This document shows, one piece after another, positions 26,237 through 36,237 of a stretch of DNA of 64,000 nucleotides. Source of the DNA: an uncultured Gammaproteobacteria bacterium (GTDB taxonomy: Bacteria; Patescibacteriota; Patescibacteriia; SG8-24; DYFX01); NCBI GenBank assembly GCA_964532415.1, contig CAZHHN010000001.1:11946-75945 (forward strand), given 5' to 3'. Every line of letters starts with the position of its first letter. Within the stretch, counting starts at the first letter, position 1. The notes beneath the pieces are model-generated. The model did not search any database. It had not been told where the DNA came from and was given only the letters and a program-made list of their open reading frames with translations. The position numbers were made by a program, and so were the translations under genes.

Positions 26237-28312
26237 ATGAATCTGCTTCGTAAGCCAGCGTTGGGCCTCGACATCTCCGACCGCTCGGTCGAGGCGGTTG
26301 CCGTCCTTCGGGTCGGCACGCGCGCCACCCTGGTTTCGTATGGCGAGTCGCCACTCCCGCCGGGAATGGTCCAGAACGGCGAGATCGTCGACGCCGAAGG
26401 CCTGGCGATGACCGTGCGGAAGCTGTTACGGGACCGGATGACGCCTCCGCTTCCGAAGGGAACCGTGAAGGTCGCCCTCGCCCTGCCGGAGTCGCAGGTT
26501 TACATGCACGTTTTCGAGGTGCCGCGCCTGGCGGACGACCGTGAGCTCGGCGCGTCGTTGGCACGCGAAGCCGACGGCTACTTCCCGTACCCGCACGACG
26601 AGCTGGCCGCCAGCCATGCCGTCATCGCTCAGCGGCCCGACACGAAGGACGTCTACTATGCCGCCGTGCGGAAAACCGTCCTCGAGGCGTATCTCCACCT
26701 GTGCCGTTCGATCGGTCTCGTTCCTGTCGCGCTGGAAGCCGAATCCTCCGCCATCGCCCGTGCCGTTCTCGACAAAGCCTCGCCTTCTCCGGTGGCGCTG
26801 ATCGACATCGGCGCGCGCGGCACGGACATTTCCGTCTATGACCGCGATGGCATCCATTTTTCTGAAACGCTGCCGGAAGCGGGGGAGGCATTCACGGCCG
26901 CGGTCGCCGGGGCCGGAGGCCTGTCATCGGAACAGGCGGAGACGATGAAGAAGGAGCACGGGCTTTCAGGCGGCACCGGCGGCAAGGAGGAGCGCGCCCT
27001 GCGGTCGGCCGTCGACGCGATCTGCGCCGGCGTGCGCGAAGCGATCGCCTACTACGAGGAAAAAAGCGGAAGGAAGATCGGCAACGTGCTGGTCTGCGGC
27101 GGCGGCGCGCGGCTGCCCGGTCTGCTCGCCCGCGCGGCGGAATCGTTCGGATCCGGGCGGATCGTAGAAGCCGCCGATCCCTGGAAATCCCTCCAGCCCA
27201 GCCCTGAACTGGAGCAGGCGGGACTGCGGACGCGCGGCGTGCTGCTGACGATGGCGCTCGGTCTGGGTCTGCGCGCCGCGAATGTCCGGAAATTTCAGGA
27301 GCTGAATTTCCTGTCCGCCGCTTCGAAGATCGCCGTCTCCGGGGCCAAAGGCGCTTCCCGATCCGGCATAAGGCGCGGAGTGCTGATCGCGCTTGCGGCG
27401 GCGGTCATCGCGGGCGGCGGGTTTCTCGGTTGGAAACGTTTCGGCGCCCGCCGCGCTTCGCCGTCGGTTGGCGGGGTCATGCAGGTTTCGCCGGTTGACG
27501 TGGCAGTCGCGGTCACGATGGGATCCGTTTTCTCGGCGGAAAACGGCGTGCTGGCAGGTCGGCCTCTTGACGTCAGCTATGCGGTGGCAAAAACGGTGCC
27601 GCATGCCGCGCATGCCGTCGACGGTCAGGCGAAGGGGACGCTCGATATCGTGAACGACACCGGCACGGCACGCGCGCTCGTCGCTTCGACCCGGCTGCTT
27701 TCTCCGGATGGCGTGCAGTTCCGCCTCGATCGGGCCGCGAAGGTTCCGGCCCATGGACGGGTGCAGGCCACGGTTACGGCCGATCAGGCCGGAGCGGCGG
27801 GGGACGTTGCGGCCGGACGCTTCACCATCCCTGGACTCGCACCGGCTCTCCAAAAGAGCCTGTATGGCGAATCGACGCAACCCATGCGGGGAGGCGAAAC
27901 GTTCGCGGGCGATCCGTACACCGAAGAAGAACGCCTGCATGATGAAAACGGGCTGCGCCAAGCCGCGCTCGACGAGGCGTTGCAGAACGCCCTCTCGGCC
28001 GCCGGGACGAATGCGGTCGCTCTCGGCGATCTCATCGATCTCCCGGACTTTCGGGCGGAAGGATTGCCGCCGGTCGGCGTGCCGACCGGCGAATTCGAAT
28101 CCAGGGCGCGCGGCAAGGCAAAAGCTTATGTTTTGGAGCATTCCCAAGTCCAGCAGCTCTTGACCGAAGCGTTGGCGGCGAAACTCGGCCCCGCAGAAGA
28201 TGCCTCCGGATATCGCTTTGAAAATCGATCTTTTCAGGTCGCGGATTTCGATGCCGGAACGGGAATGGCCCGCCTGACGATCCGGGCCACCGCCGTCCGG
28301 AGCGGGTCATGA
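26237..28312 (+). CDS. pilM: PilM actin-like protein fused through a TM helix to a baseplate-J-like extracellular domain
   Basis: LGLDIS, LIDIGA..T, VCGGGA.LPGL, ALGLGLR; then TM; then AKGTL.I.N...LVASTRLLSPDG..FR...ADQAG...FTIPGL. Confidence 0.8.
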   Translation: MNLLRKPALGLDISDRSVEAVAVLRVGTRATLVSYGESPLPPGMVQNGEIVDAEGLAMTVRKLLRDRMTPPLPKGTVKVALALPESQVYMHVFEVPRLADDRELGASLAREADGYFPYPHDELAASHAVIAQRPDTKDVYYAAVRKTVLEAYLHLCRSIGLVPVALEAESSAIARAVLDKASPSPVALIDIGARGTDISVYDRDGIHFSETLPEAGEAFTAAVAGAGGLSSEQAETMKKEHGLSGGTGGKEERALRSAVDAICAGVREAIAYYEEKSGRKIGNVLVCGGGARLPGLLARAAESFGSGRIVEAADPWKSLQPSPELEQAGLRTRGVLLTMALGLGLRAANVRKFQELNFLSAASKIAVSGAKGASRSGIRRGVLIALAAAVIAGGGFLGWKRFGARRASPSVGGVMQVSPVDVAVAVTMGSVFSAENGVLAGRPLDVSYAVAKTVPHAAHAVDGQAKGTLDIVNDTGTARALVASTRLLSPDGVQFRLDRAAKVPAHGRVQATVTADQAGAAGDVAAGRFTIPGLAPALQKSLYGESTQPMRGGETFAGDPYTEEERLHDENGLRQAALDEALQNALSAAGTNAVALGDLIDLPDFRAEGLPPVGVPTGEFESRARGKAKAYVLEHSQVQQLLTEALAAKLGPAEDASGYRFENRSFQVADFDAGTGMARLTIRATAVRSGS

Positions 28313-28375
28313 CACGCTGTGCTATACTAAGGGGGAGTTTTCACTTTAATTATCCACACGCTCAGCGTTAAACGT

Positions 28376-28942
28376 ATGAACGAGCACGACGCCGTCACGA
28401 ACGGTCGGAAGGCATTCACCCTGATCGAGCTCCTGATCGTCATCGGCATTCTCGGCATCCTGGCGGCGGTCGTTCTGGTGGCCGTCGATCCTGCCAGGCG
28501 GCTGAGGCAAGCCCGCAACGCGCGGCGCTACGCTGAAGTCAACGCGCTCCTGAACGCCATCCTGAACTACACGGTCGACAACAAGGGGACGCTGCCGGCC
28601 GGCATCAGTTCTTCGACCAGCACGGGCGCCAACATCATTCAAATCCTCGGCAACTCCGGCACCAACACGACCGCGACGATGGCATCGGCCTGCCCGGCCG
28701 CCGGCATCGGCCAAACCAGCCCGGTCTACCGCATGTCCGACATCGGCAGCGATCCGGCTTTCGTCGATACCTACATCGCGTCGATGCCGATCGATCCGTC
28801 CGGCAGCAACGGCACCGTCACCTATAACAATGGATTGACCGGCTACTACGTCCAGCGCAGCGTCAACGGCCGCGTCCAGGTCGGCGCCTGCAATCCCGAA
28901 GACGAAGGTTCCGGCGTCGTGCCGATCGGCGTGAAGCGCTGA
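28376..28942 (+). CDS. type IV pilin (major pilin candidate 1)
   Basis: KA|FTLIELLIVIGILGILAA; ARNARR..EV; P.DP motif; upstream TATACT -10. Confidence 0.93.
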   Translation: MNEHDAVTNGRKAFTLIELLIVIGILGILAAVVLVAVDPARRLRQARNARRYAEVNALLNAILNYTVDNKGTLPAGISSSTSTGANIIQILGNSGTNTTATMASACPAAGIGQTSPVYRMSDIGSDPAFVDTYIASMPIDPSGSNGTVTYNNGLTGYYVQRSVNGRVQVGACNPEDEGSGVVPIGVKR

Positions 28943-28961
28943 GCTCCCAGGCCTCCCAGGT

Positions 28962-29492
28962 ATGCGCTTTGAACGGAAAGGCTTCACCCTGATCGAGCTC
29001 CTGATCGTCATCGGCATTCTGGGAGTCTTGGCGGCCATCACGCTGGTGGCGGTCGATCCTGCCAAGCGTCTGCGCCAGTCCCGCAACGCGCGGCGCTCCT
29101 CCGAGGTCAACGCCATCCTGAACGCCATCCTGAACTACACCGCCGACGCCAAAGGCGCGTTGCCGGCCGCGATCGGCGCCGCCACCGCGGTCGATCAGAC
29201 GCTCGTCATCGGCACGGCCGGCACCATCCCGACCGTGACGGACTGTCCGGACAGCCTGACCGGCGCCGGCACTTCGACCGGCTATGCCAACCTGCAGGCC
29301 GACCCGGCTCTGGTCGACACCTATATCGCCGAAATGCCGGTCGACCCGCGCGGCACCAATACGGTCGACCGCTATGACCGCAGCAACACCGGTTATTACG
29401 TGAAACGCAGCGCCAACGGACGCGTGGAGGTCGGCTCCTGTTATCCGGAAGACGACGGCGGCGTCACGAATCCGATCAAAGCCAAACGCTGA
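28962..29492 (+). CDS. type IV pilin (candidate 2, paralog)
   Basis: KG|FTLIELLIVIGILGVLAA; collinear with the upstream pilin. Confidence 0.93.
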   Translation: MRFERKGFTLIELLIVIGILGVLAAITLVAVDPAKRLRQSRNARRSSEVNAILNAILNYTADAKGALPAAIGAATAVDQTLVIGTAGTIPTVTDCPDSLTGAGTSTGYANLQADPALVDTYIAEMPVDPRGTNTVDRYDRSNTGYYVKRSANGRVEVGSCYPEDDGGVTNPIKAKR

Positions 29493-29547
29493 TCCGCGTC
29501 TGCTCCGGCGCCTTGGAGGAAGGCCTTACTTTTCTTGTCGCCAGCCT

Positions 29548-30126
29548 ATGTCCAGGGAAGTCGTGCTCGATATCGAAACGCAGAACAGCTTCGCCGACGT
29601 CGGCGGAGCCAATCATGACAAGCTCAAGATCTCGCTGATTGGCGTCTATTATTACGAGACCGGCGAATACGCCAGTTATCTCGAGCACGAGCTGCCGAAT
29701 CTCTGGCCGCGCCTCGAGCGCGCCGACCGCATCATCGGCTACAACACCAAGGGATTCGATTATCTGGTCATGAACGCCTACTATCCGGGAGACGTGGCGC
29801 GCTTTCCGAGCCTCGATCTTCTGGAAGAGATCTCGAAGACGCTCGGTTTCCGGGTCAAGCTCGACGATGTCGCTTCGGCCACGCTCGGCTACGGCAAGTC
29901 CGGGCACGGCCTCCAGGCGATCGAATTCTTCCGGAAGGGCGAACTCGACAAGCTGCGCGACTACTGCCTGATGGATGTCAAAGTGACGAAGGAAGTCTAC
30001 GAGTACGGGCGTGAACACGGCGAAGTCTTTTATCACGATCGCAGCGGCGCCCGGAAAGCGATCCGGGTCGACCTGAAGATGCCGGCGGCGAAACCAGATC
30101 CGATCAACCTGACGATGCCGTTCTGA
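29548..30126 (+). CDS. RNase H-like/DEDD exonuclease-domain protein (YprB-like)
   Basis: VLDIET, IGYN..GFD, KLDDVA..TLG and YC..DV..T. Confidence 0.85.
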   Translation: MSREVVLDIETQNSFADVGGANHDKLKISLIGVYYYETGEYASYLEHELPNLWPRLERADRIIGYNTKGFDYLVMNAYYPGDVARFPSLDLLEEISKTLGFRVKLDDVASATLGYGKSGHGLQAIEFFRKGELDKLRDYCLMDVKVTKEVYEYGREHGEVFYHDRSGARKAIRVDLKMPAAKPDPINLTMPF

Positions 30127-30136
30127 ATGCGCCGTC

Positions 30137-30162
30137 AAAACCCCGGGAATACCGGGGTTTTT
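30137..30162. terminator. intrinsic terminator
   Basis: AAAACCCCGG-GAATA-CCGGGGTTTTT. Confidence 0.75.
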
Positions 30163-30260
30163 GGCCGTTTGCCGGACAGACGCGTGCGGGGGTCTTGCGT
30201 GACGATGGGCAGGTATGGGCAGACTACAGCCACGATTCTCATTCACGCTTCAGCCACCGT

Positions 30261-33200
30261 ATGCCACTGCGCACCTCCCGGCGCTCCGTTCCGTACCTGC
30301 TCTGGTCGATAATGGTAATTTTCTTCGCAGCCCGGGCCTCGTTCGCGGCCGTATCGGAACCCGCAGCGGATCAAACCGGGGTCGATCATACGGTGGCGGA
30401 GGCTTCTCAAGCCGGTGGTGCGAGCGCTGCATCGGATGGCGATCGTACCGCTGCACAGCCGGTTACACAGCCCGCGTCCGCCTCATCGGGCAATGCTCCA
30501 CCGGATGCGCTGACGACCTACCGGAACGGGCCCGCACGGACCGTCGAACCGAACGTCGAAGAGTCGACCGGCGCGTTGCGCTATACGGTTCCGATTTCCG
30601 TCCCGCCCGGCCGGAATGGCCTGCAGCCGGATCTGAAGCTCGAATACAACAGCCAGCGGAACGATCAGAACAATCTGGTCGGATACGGCTGGGCGCTGAA
30701 CATTCCCACGGTCGGTCGCCTCAATCGATACGGCGTCGAGAAGCTGTACACCAATCCTGTCTTCAGCTCCGACATGGACGGAGAGTTGGTCCAGACCGCG
30801 ACCGGCACCTACGCCGCCAAGGTCGAGCAGGGCAGCTTCAACGCATACGCCTATTCCTCCGCCAGCAATTCCTGGATCGTGACCGACAAGCTCGGCAAGA
30901 TCTACAAGTTCGGCACGACGGCCGCTTCGCGCCTGGACAACGCCACCACCACGGCGGCGTTCCGCTGGTATCTCGACGAGATCCGGGACACGAACGACAA
31001 CTACGTCAAATACGAGTATGCGAAGTCCCAAGGTCAGGTCTATCCATACCGCATCACGTATACCGGACACGCAGCGACGGACGGACCTTTTACGGTCACC
31101 TTCGCGCTCGCTTCCAGATCCGATGTTTCAACGACCTATGAGGCGGGTTTCGGCGTGACAACGGCTTCGCGCATTTCGGAAATCGACGTGGCGATCGGCG
31201 GCGTCCTGACGCGCAAATATGTTCCTGGATACACGGCTGGTACGAACGGTTCGCGTTCGCTTCTCGCCTCCGTCACCGAAACCGGATATGACGAATCCTC
31301 GAACCCGACGACGCTTCCCGCGATGCAGTTCGGTTACCAGTCCGCCACGAATTCGCCCGGCTGGACTAAAACGACCGATCCCGGTTTCAACACGGTGGCG
31401 AACGGTTTCGATTGGGGGAAGGTCCTGATCGATATCAACGGCGACGGCTTGGTCGACGAGGTCAGCGGCCTGTGCATTTATTGCAGCGCCACGACGAGCG
31501 ACGTCTTCCTCAACTCCGGACAGAACACCTGGGTCCTGAATCCCTCATGGCAGATTCCGCTGCCGACGGCCTACTATACCTGCAACTGCGCTCCGCCTGC
31601 CGATTCTGGCCTCAGATTCGTGGACGTGAACGGCGACGGTCTGGTCGACCTGCTGCTCAGCACGCTCTCCGAGAACCAAGACGGTACGGAGACGTACACG
31701 CAGATCGCGTATCTCAACACGGGCTTCGGCTGGGCCCAATCAACGGTCTGGGCGCCGGGCGTACCGTTTCTGATCTGGGACGCGAACGGCGACCCTCACG
31801 ACAACTCGGTCCGCTTCGCCGACCTGAACGGCGACGGTCTGGTCGACATGAGCGTGAGCGGTACCGGCTATGACCTTCAACGCAACGCCGGGAATTACTA
31901 CAACAATGGCGCGGGCTGGACGAAAAACGGCACTGCACCGTTCAGCTACTCGGACGGCAGATACGACAAAGGCACCCGGATCGTCGACGTGAACGGCGAC
32001 GGCCTGGTCGACATGGTCACGGGCTGTGCGAGCAGCGGCTACACGGGCACGAGCAGCGTGTACCTCAACGACGGAGCGGGTCACTGGCTTCGCGATGCCG
32101 GCTGGGATTTGCCGGTATCGACGTGCACCAATGACGGCCAAATCGGCATGTCTCAGGATGCGGGCACGCGCTTCATGGACGTGAATAACGATGGCTTGGT
32201 CGACGCCGTTCAATACATGCTTCAGGATGACCAGAATCAGACGCCGCATGTGTACACTGCCTACAAGGACGCCTACATCAACACCGGTCACGGTTGGGCT
32301 GAGGCGAGCGGCTGGTCGCCGCCCGGTTCCTTCATATTTTATTCTTATGCTACTCCCGTGGCCAAATATTACGATGTCGGTACCAGGATCGCCGACTTCG
32401 ACGGCGACGGCAAGGATGACATCCTGAGAGACAGCGAAGCATACGATTATCCCTACGCAGATCAGGGCATCTATCACAGCCGCTCCGCCCCCGAGCTCCT
32501 CACCTCCGCCACCACCACGCAGGGCGGCGCGTACCGATGGTCATATCAGGCCACGCCGACGTACCGGGACGGTTCAGGCCTCCTGAACTCCGTGCTACCC
32601 TCCGCGCTCCAAGTCGTCGCGACCGAGGCGAGAGACAACGGCTTCGGCGCGGTCGAAACGTCGACCTTCTCGTACCAGGGCGGCAAGTATCGCTATGCCA
32701 GCGCGTATGACCGCACATTCTCCGGCTTTGCCAAGTCTGTGGCGACCGACGCGACCGGAGCAAGCATTACGACCTACTATCACCAAGGCGACGCCTCGGC
32801 GACCGGGACGGGCGAGTACCTTGACTCCTTCCACAAGATCGGCAGGCGCTACCGTGAAGAAACCCGGGATGCCTCCGGAAATCTCTTCAGCGTGGCGATC
32901 AACAAGTGGGACCAGACAGATTTGGGCAACGGCCGTGCCTTCGTGCAACTCGCCCGTGAGACGCGAAAGGATTATGACGGTAGCGGCACGCACCGCGACG
33001 CGGCCGTCGAATACGGGTACGATAGCCGCGGCAATCTGACAAGCGCCACGAACAGCGGGGAAGTGACGGCCGGCGATGACGGTGCGTTCACGGACATCGG
33101 CTCCGACAAGACCGTCACGGCCAGCAGTTATGCCGCCTCCGGTCCGGCGGGCCTCAAGACCCGCGAGCTCGTGACCGACCAGAGCGGCGCAACCGTGAGC

Positions 33201-36200
33201 GACACCAAGCAGTACTACGACACCCTCTCCTTCGGCAGCGCCACCAAAGGCAATCTCACCAAGACGGAGCGCTGGAAGTCCGGATCGCTCTACGTGAATG
33301 CGCAAAAGGCTTACGACAGTTACGGGCTGGTTACTTCCGACACCGACCCGCGCGGCAAGGTCACCTCGTATGGCTACGACGCCGCCAAGCTTTACCCGGC
33401 GACCGTCACGAGTCCGCTGAGTCTCGTTAGCCAGTATCAGTACGACTATTCGGCCGGCAAGCCGAAACAGGCCACCGATCCGAATCTGCTCGTCACGCAG
33501 ACCGTCTTCGACGGACTCGACCGCGTGACGGCCGAGAAGCAGCCCGACCAGTCGACAAGCTCGACCCTCGTTACGAGAGCGGCCTTCGCGTACACCGATG
33601 CGCTCCTCGGGAGTGTCGTGCGGGAGACCGACTACCTGAACAGCGCCAGTTCCGTCGACGCCTACACCTACTTCGACGGCTTCGGCCGTCCGGTGCAGAG
33701 CCGGAAAGCGGTCGAGGCCGCGAACACGTACGCCACGAGCGACACCGCCTACGACGCCCGCGAGCTCGTCGCTAAGACGTCCTTACCGTATTTCTCGACG
33801 GGATCGGCGCGCACCTCGCCGACGACCGATGCCACGCTTTACACGACCTACGTTTACGATGCTCTGAAGCGTCCCATCTCCGTCGCCAACGCCGTGGGCA
33901 CGACCTCGTCCGCGTATGACAAATGGAAGACGACCGTCACCGACCCGCGCGGGAGCGTCAAGAGCCTGTTTCATGACGCCTACGGCCGCTTGAACCGCGT
34001 CGAGGAAGTCCTGAACGCCACCAACACCTTCGTGACGGCCTATGCCTACGACGGTGGCGGAAACCTGACCGGCATCACGGACGCCTCGGGCAACGTCCGC
34101 AGCTTCACGTACGATGGCCTCGGCCGCCGGCTCACGGCCCAGGATCTCCACGCGCCCGCCGACGGCACGTTCGGTACCTGGACGTACACGTATGATGACG
34201 CCGGCAACCGCACGAGCGTGCTGAGTCCCAAGAACCTGACGGTCAACTACGTCTTCGACGATCTGAACCGTCCGATCAGCGAAGACTACACCTCCACGAG
34301 CGGCACCGACGCGACCTATGCGTACGACAGCTGCCAATACGGCAAAGGCCATGTCTGTTCGGCCGTGAACGCGGGCGGAGCCGTCAGCTTCCTGTATGGC
34401 CCGACCGGGCAGCCGACGCGTGAAACGAAGACGATCCTGGGAACTGCCTTCCAGACCGACAAAACCTACGACCGCCAGGGGAACGTCGTCACCATGACCT
34501 ACCCGGATGCTTCCCAGGTCCAGTACCTGCGCGGTGCCGGCGGCCGGATCGACAAGGTCCAGCGCAAGGAGTCCGGCGGCGCTTGGGCCGATGTGGTTTC
34601 GAACCTCGATTATTCCTCGGTCGACAAGCCGACGCTCTTGGCATTCGGAAACGGTACGACCGCGACCAACACCTACGACGCCGCCAAGCTCTACCACCTG
34701 ACGAATCGGCAGACCACGATTCCCGGCGGTGCGAAGCTGCAAGACATCGCATATACCTACGATCCCGGCGGCAACCTGACGAGGATCACCGATGCCGGAG
34801 TCACAACGAACGCCCACGCCAGCGACTACGCCTATGACGCCCTGAACCGCCTGACCTCGGCCAGTACGACTGCCGCGACCGGCGGAGGACTGCAAACCTT
34901 CGCCTATGACCCGATCGGCAACCTGACCTTCCGGACCGGTGCCGGTAGCTATGCCTACTCCGGCGCCGGCAACGCCAACCCGCATGCCGCCACCTCCATC
35001 GGCAGCCTCCTGCTCTCGTACGACTCGAACGGCGACTTGAAGACAAAAGGAACTTCCAATTTCACCTGGAACTACCTTGACCAACTGGCTTCCGCCTTCG
35101 TGAACGGCGCCACCTCCACCTTCGCCTACGACTGGAACGGCGTCCGCACCCGCATGACTGCTGGTACGGTCGTCACCCTGTATGCCGGCGACCACTATTC
35201 GCTGTCCGGCGGCAAGGCCACCAAGCATCTTTTCGCCGACGGAACGCTCCTCGCCACCGTCGAGGGTTCCACCTCCACGGCCGTCGTCCGCTACGAACAT
35301 ACCGACCATCTGACCGGCGCCTCGGTCGTCACCTCCGCGACCGGTACGCTCGTCGAGAACCTCGACTACCAGCCTTGGGGCAACCTGCGCGTCGACAATC
35401 AACCGGCAGGCTTCTCCGAAGTGAGGAAGTTTGCGGGGCAGGAGTATGACGTGGGGACAGGATTGTCCTATATGGGTGCGAGGTACTATGACGCCGGGGT
35501 CGGAAGGTTCCTTAGCCAAGACCCAGCATTTTTGGCTGTAGGCGACCCCAATGCTCTCAAGAACAAGACTGGTGTCACCGTGGAGAAATATCTGTCTGAC
35601 CCACAAGGCCTCAATAGCTATAGCTACGCACGGAACAATCCAATCGTTAATATTGATCCGGACGGCAACTTCTGGTGGTATGGATTCTACAATTGGCAAG
35701 GTTACTCAGGTCTACATGGCTTAATAATGAAAGCGGGCGAGGTTTTGGGTGGCCACGAAAGAGGCATGAACGCAATCCAACGGAATCAATCGACAGTCAG
35801 TTCTGCTACCAGTAAATATGGTGTGAGTCCACAGTTAGTCAATTCGATTATCTATGAAGAGCAGTCACACCTTCTGCCTACAGAAACGGCTAAGGACTAC
35901 CTTTTCCCTGATAGTCGATTGGGAGGGTATGATGGAGGCGTTGGCATGATGCAGGTCAGTGGAGGTGTAGGCAAGGAATTCGGCGACTACACCAAAACTG
36001 ATCTAGCAAGGGATCCAGCCAAGAACATCGATGCCGGCACGCAATACTTGTCCAGTATCATGGGCAAGGAAAATACGAATGACCCCGCTATAGTTGGCAC
36101 GAAGTACAACGGGTCATCTGAATACGGACAACGTATTAACGCTCAGATTCAGAACCCCAACTACAACACAAACGTCTTTGTTGACGGGGCTCAGAAAATG

Positions 36201-36236
36201 AGCGATGCATTCCACAAAATTCTTAACAAGAAATAG
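30261..36236 (+). CDS. secreted SpvB/FG-GAP/YD-repeat RHS protein (TcB-TcC-like fusion) with C-terminal lytic-transglycosylase-like domain
   Basis: Sec-type signal; PPGRNGLQP.L.L.YNS...GYGW; repeated D.NGDGLVD; YD repeats; RHS core YMGARYYD...GRFLSQDP...NNPI..IDPDG; tip with IIYEE, GMMQV, DPAKNIDAG..YL and YNG. Confidence 0.9.
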   Translation: MPLRTSRRSVPYLLWSIMVIFFAARASFAAVSEPAADQTGVDHTVAEASQAGGASAASDGDRTAAQPVTQPASASSGNAPPDALTTYRNGPARTVEPNVEESTGALRYTVPISVPPGRNGLQPDLKLEYNSQRNDQNNLVGYGWALNIPTVGRLNRYGVEKLYTNPVFSSDMDGELVQTATGTYAAKVEQGSFNAYAYSSASNSWIVTDKLGKIYKFGTTAASRLDNATTTAAFRWYLDEIRDTNDNYVKYEYAKSQGQVYPYRITYTGHAATDGPFTVTFALASRSDVSTTYEAGFGVTTASRISEIDVAIGGVLTRKYVPGYTAGTNGSRSLLASVTETGYDESSNPTTLPAMQFGYQSATNSPGWTKTTDPGFNTVANGFDWGKVLIDINGDGLVDEVSGLCIYCSATTSDVFLNSGQNTWVLNPSWQIPLPTAYYTCNCAPPADSGLRFVDVNGDGLVDLLLSTLSENQDGTETYTQIAYLNTGFGWAQSTVWAPGVPFLIWDANGDPHDNSVRFADLNGDGLVDMSVSGTGYDLQRNAGNYYNNGAGWTKNGTAPFSYSDGRYDKGTRIVDVNGDGLVDMVTGCASSGYTGTSSVYLNDGAGHWLRDAGWDLPVSTCTNDGQIGMSQDAGTRFMDVNNDGLVDAVQYMLQDDQNQTPHVYTAYKDAYINTGHGWAEASGWSPPGSFIFYSYATPVAKYYDVGTRIADFDGDGKDDILRDSEAYDYPYADQGIYHSRSAPELLTSATTTQGGAYRWSYQATPTYRDGSGLLNSVLPSALQVVATEARDNGFGAVETSTFSYQGGKYRYASAYDRTFSGFAKSVATDATGASITTYYHQGDASATGTGEYLDSFHKIGRRYREETRDASGNLFSVAINKWDQTDLGNGRAFVQLARETRKDYDGSGTHRDAAVEYGYDSRGNLTSATNSGEVTAGDDGAFTDIGSDKTVTASSYAASGPAGLKTRELVTDQSGATVSDTKQYYDTLSFGSATKGNLTKTERWKSGSLYVNAQKAYDSYGLVTSDTDPRGKVTSYGYDAAKLYPATVTSPLSLVSQYQYDYSAGKPKQATDPNLLVTQTVFDGLDRVTAEKQPDQSTSSTLVTRAAFAYTDALLGSVVRETDYLNSASSVDAYTYFDGFGRPVQSRKAVEAANTYATSDTAYDARELVAKTSLPYFSTGSARTSPTTDATLYTTYVYDALKRPISVANAVGTTSSAYDKWKTTVTDPRGSVKSLFHDAYGRLNRVEEVLNATNTFVTAYAYDGGGNLTGITDASGNVRSFTYDGLGRRLTAQDLHAPADGTFGTWTYTYDDAGNRTSVLSPKNLTVNYVFDDLNRPISEDYTSTSGTDATYAYDSCQYGKGHVCSAVNAGGAVSFLYGPTGQPTRETKTILGTAFQTDKTYDRQGNVVTMTYPDASQVQYLRGAGGRIDKVQRKESGGAWADVVSNLDYSSVDKPTLLAFGNGTTATNTYDAAKLYHLTNRQTTIPGGAKLQDIAYTYDPGGNLTRITDAGVTTNAHASDYAYDALNRLTSASTTAATGGGLQTFAYDPIGNLTFRTGAGSYAYSGAGNANPHAATSIGSLLLSYDSNGDLKTKGTSNFTWNYLDQLASAFVNGATSTFAYDWNGVRTRMTAGTVVTLYAGDHYSLSGGKATKHLFADGTLLATVEGSTSTAVVRYEHTDHLTGASVVTSATGTLVENLDYQPWGNLRVDNQPAGFSEVRKFAGQEYDVGTGLSYMGARYYDAGVGRFLSQDPAFLAVGDPNALKNKTGVTVEKYLSDPQGLNSYSYARNNPIVNIDPDGNFWWYGFYNWQGYSGLHGLIMKAGEVLGGHERGMNAIQRNQSTVSSATSKYGVSPQLVNSIIYEEQSHLLPTETAKDYLFPDSRLGGYDGGVGMMQVSGGVGKEFGDYTKTDLARDPAKNIDAGTQYLSSIMGKENTNDPAIVGTKYNGSSEYGQRINAQIQNPNYNTNVFVDGAQKMSDAFHKILNKK

Positions 36237-36237
36237 T

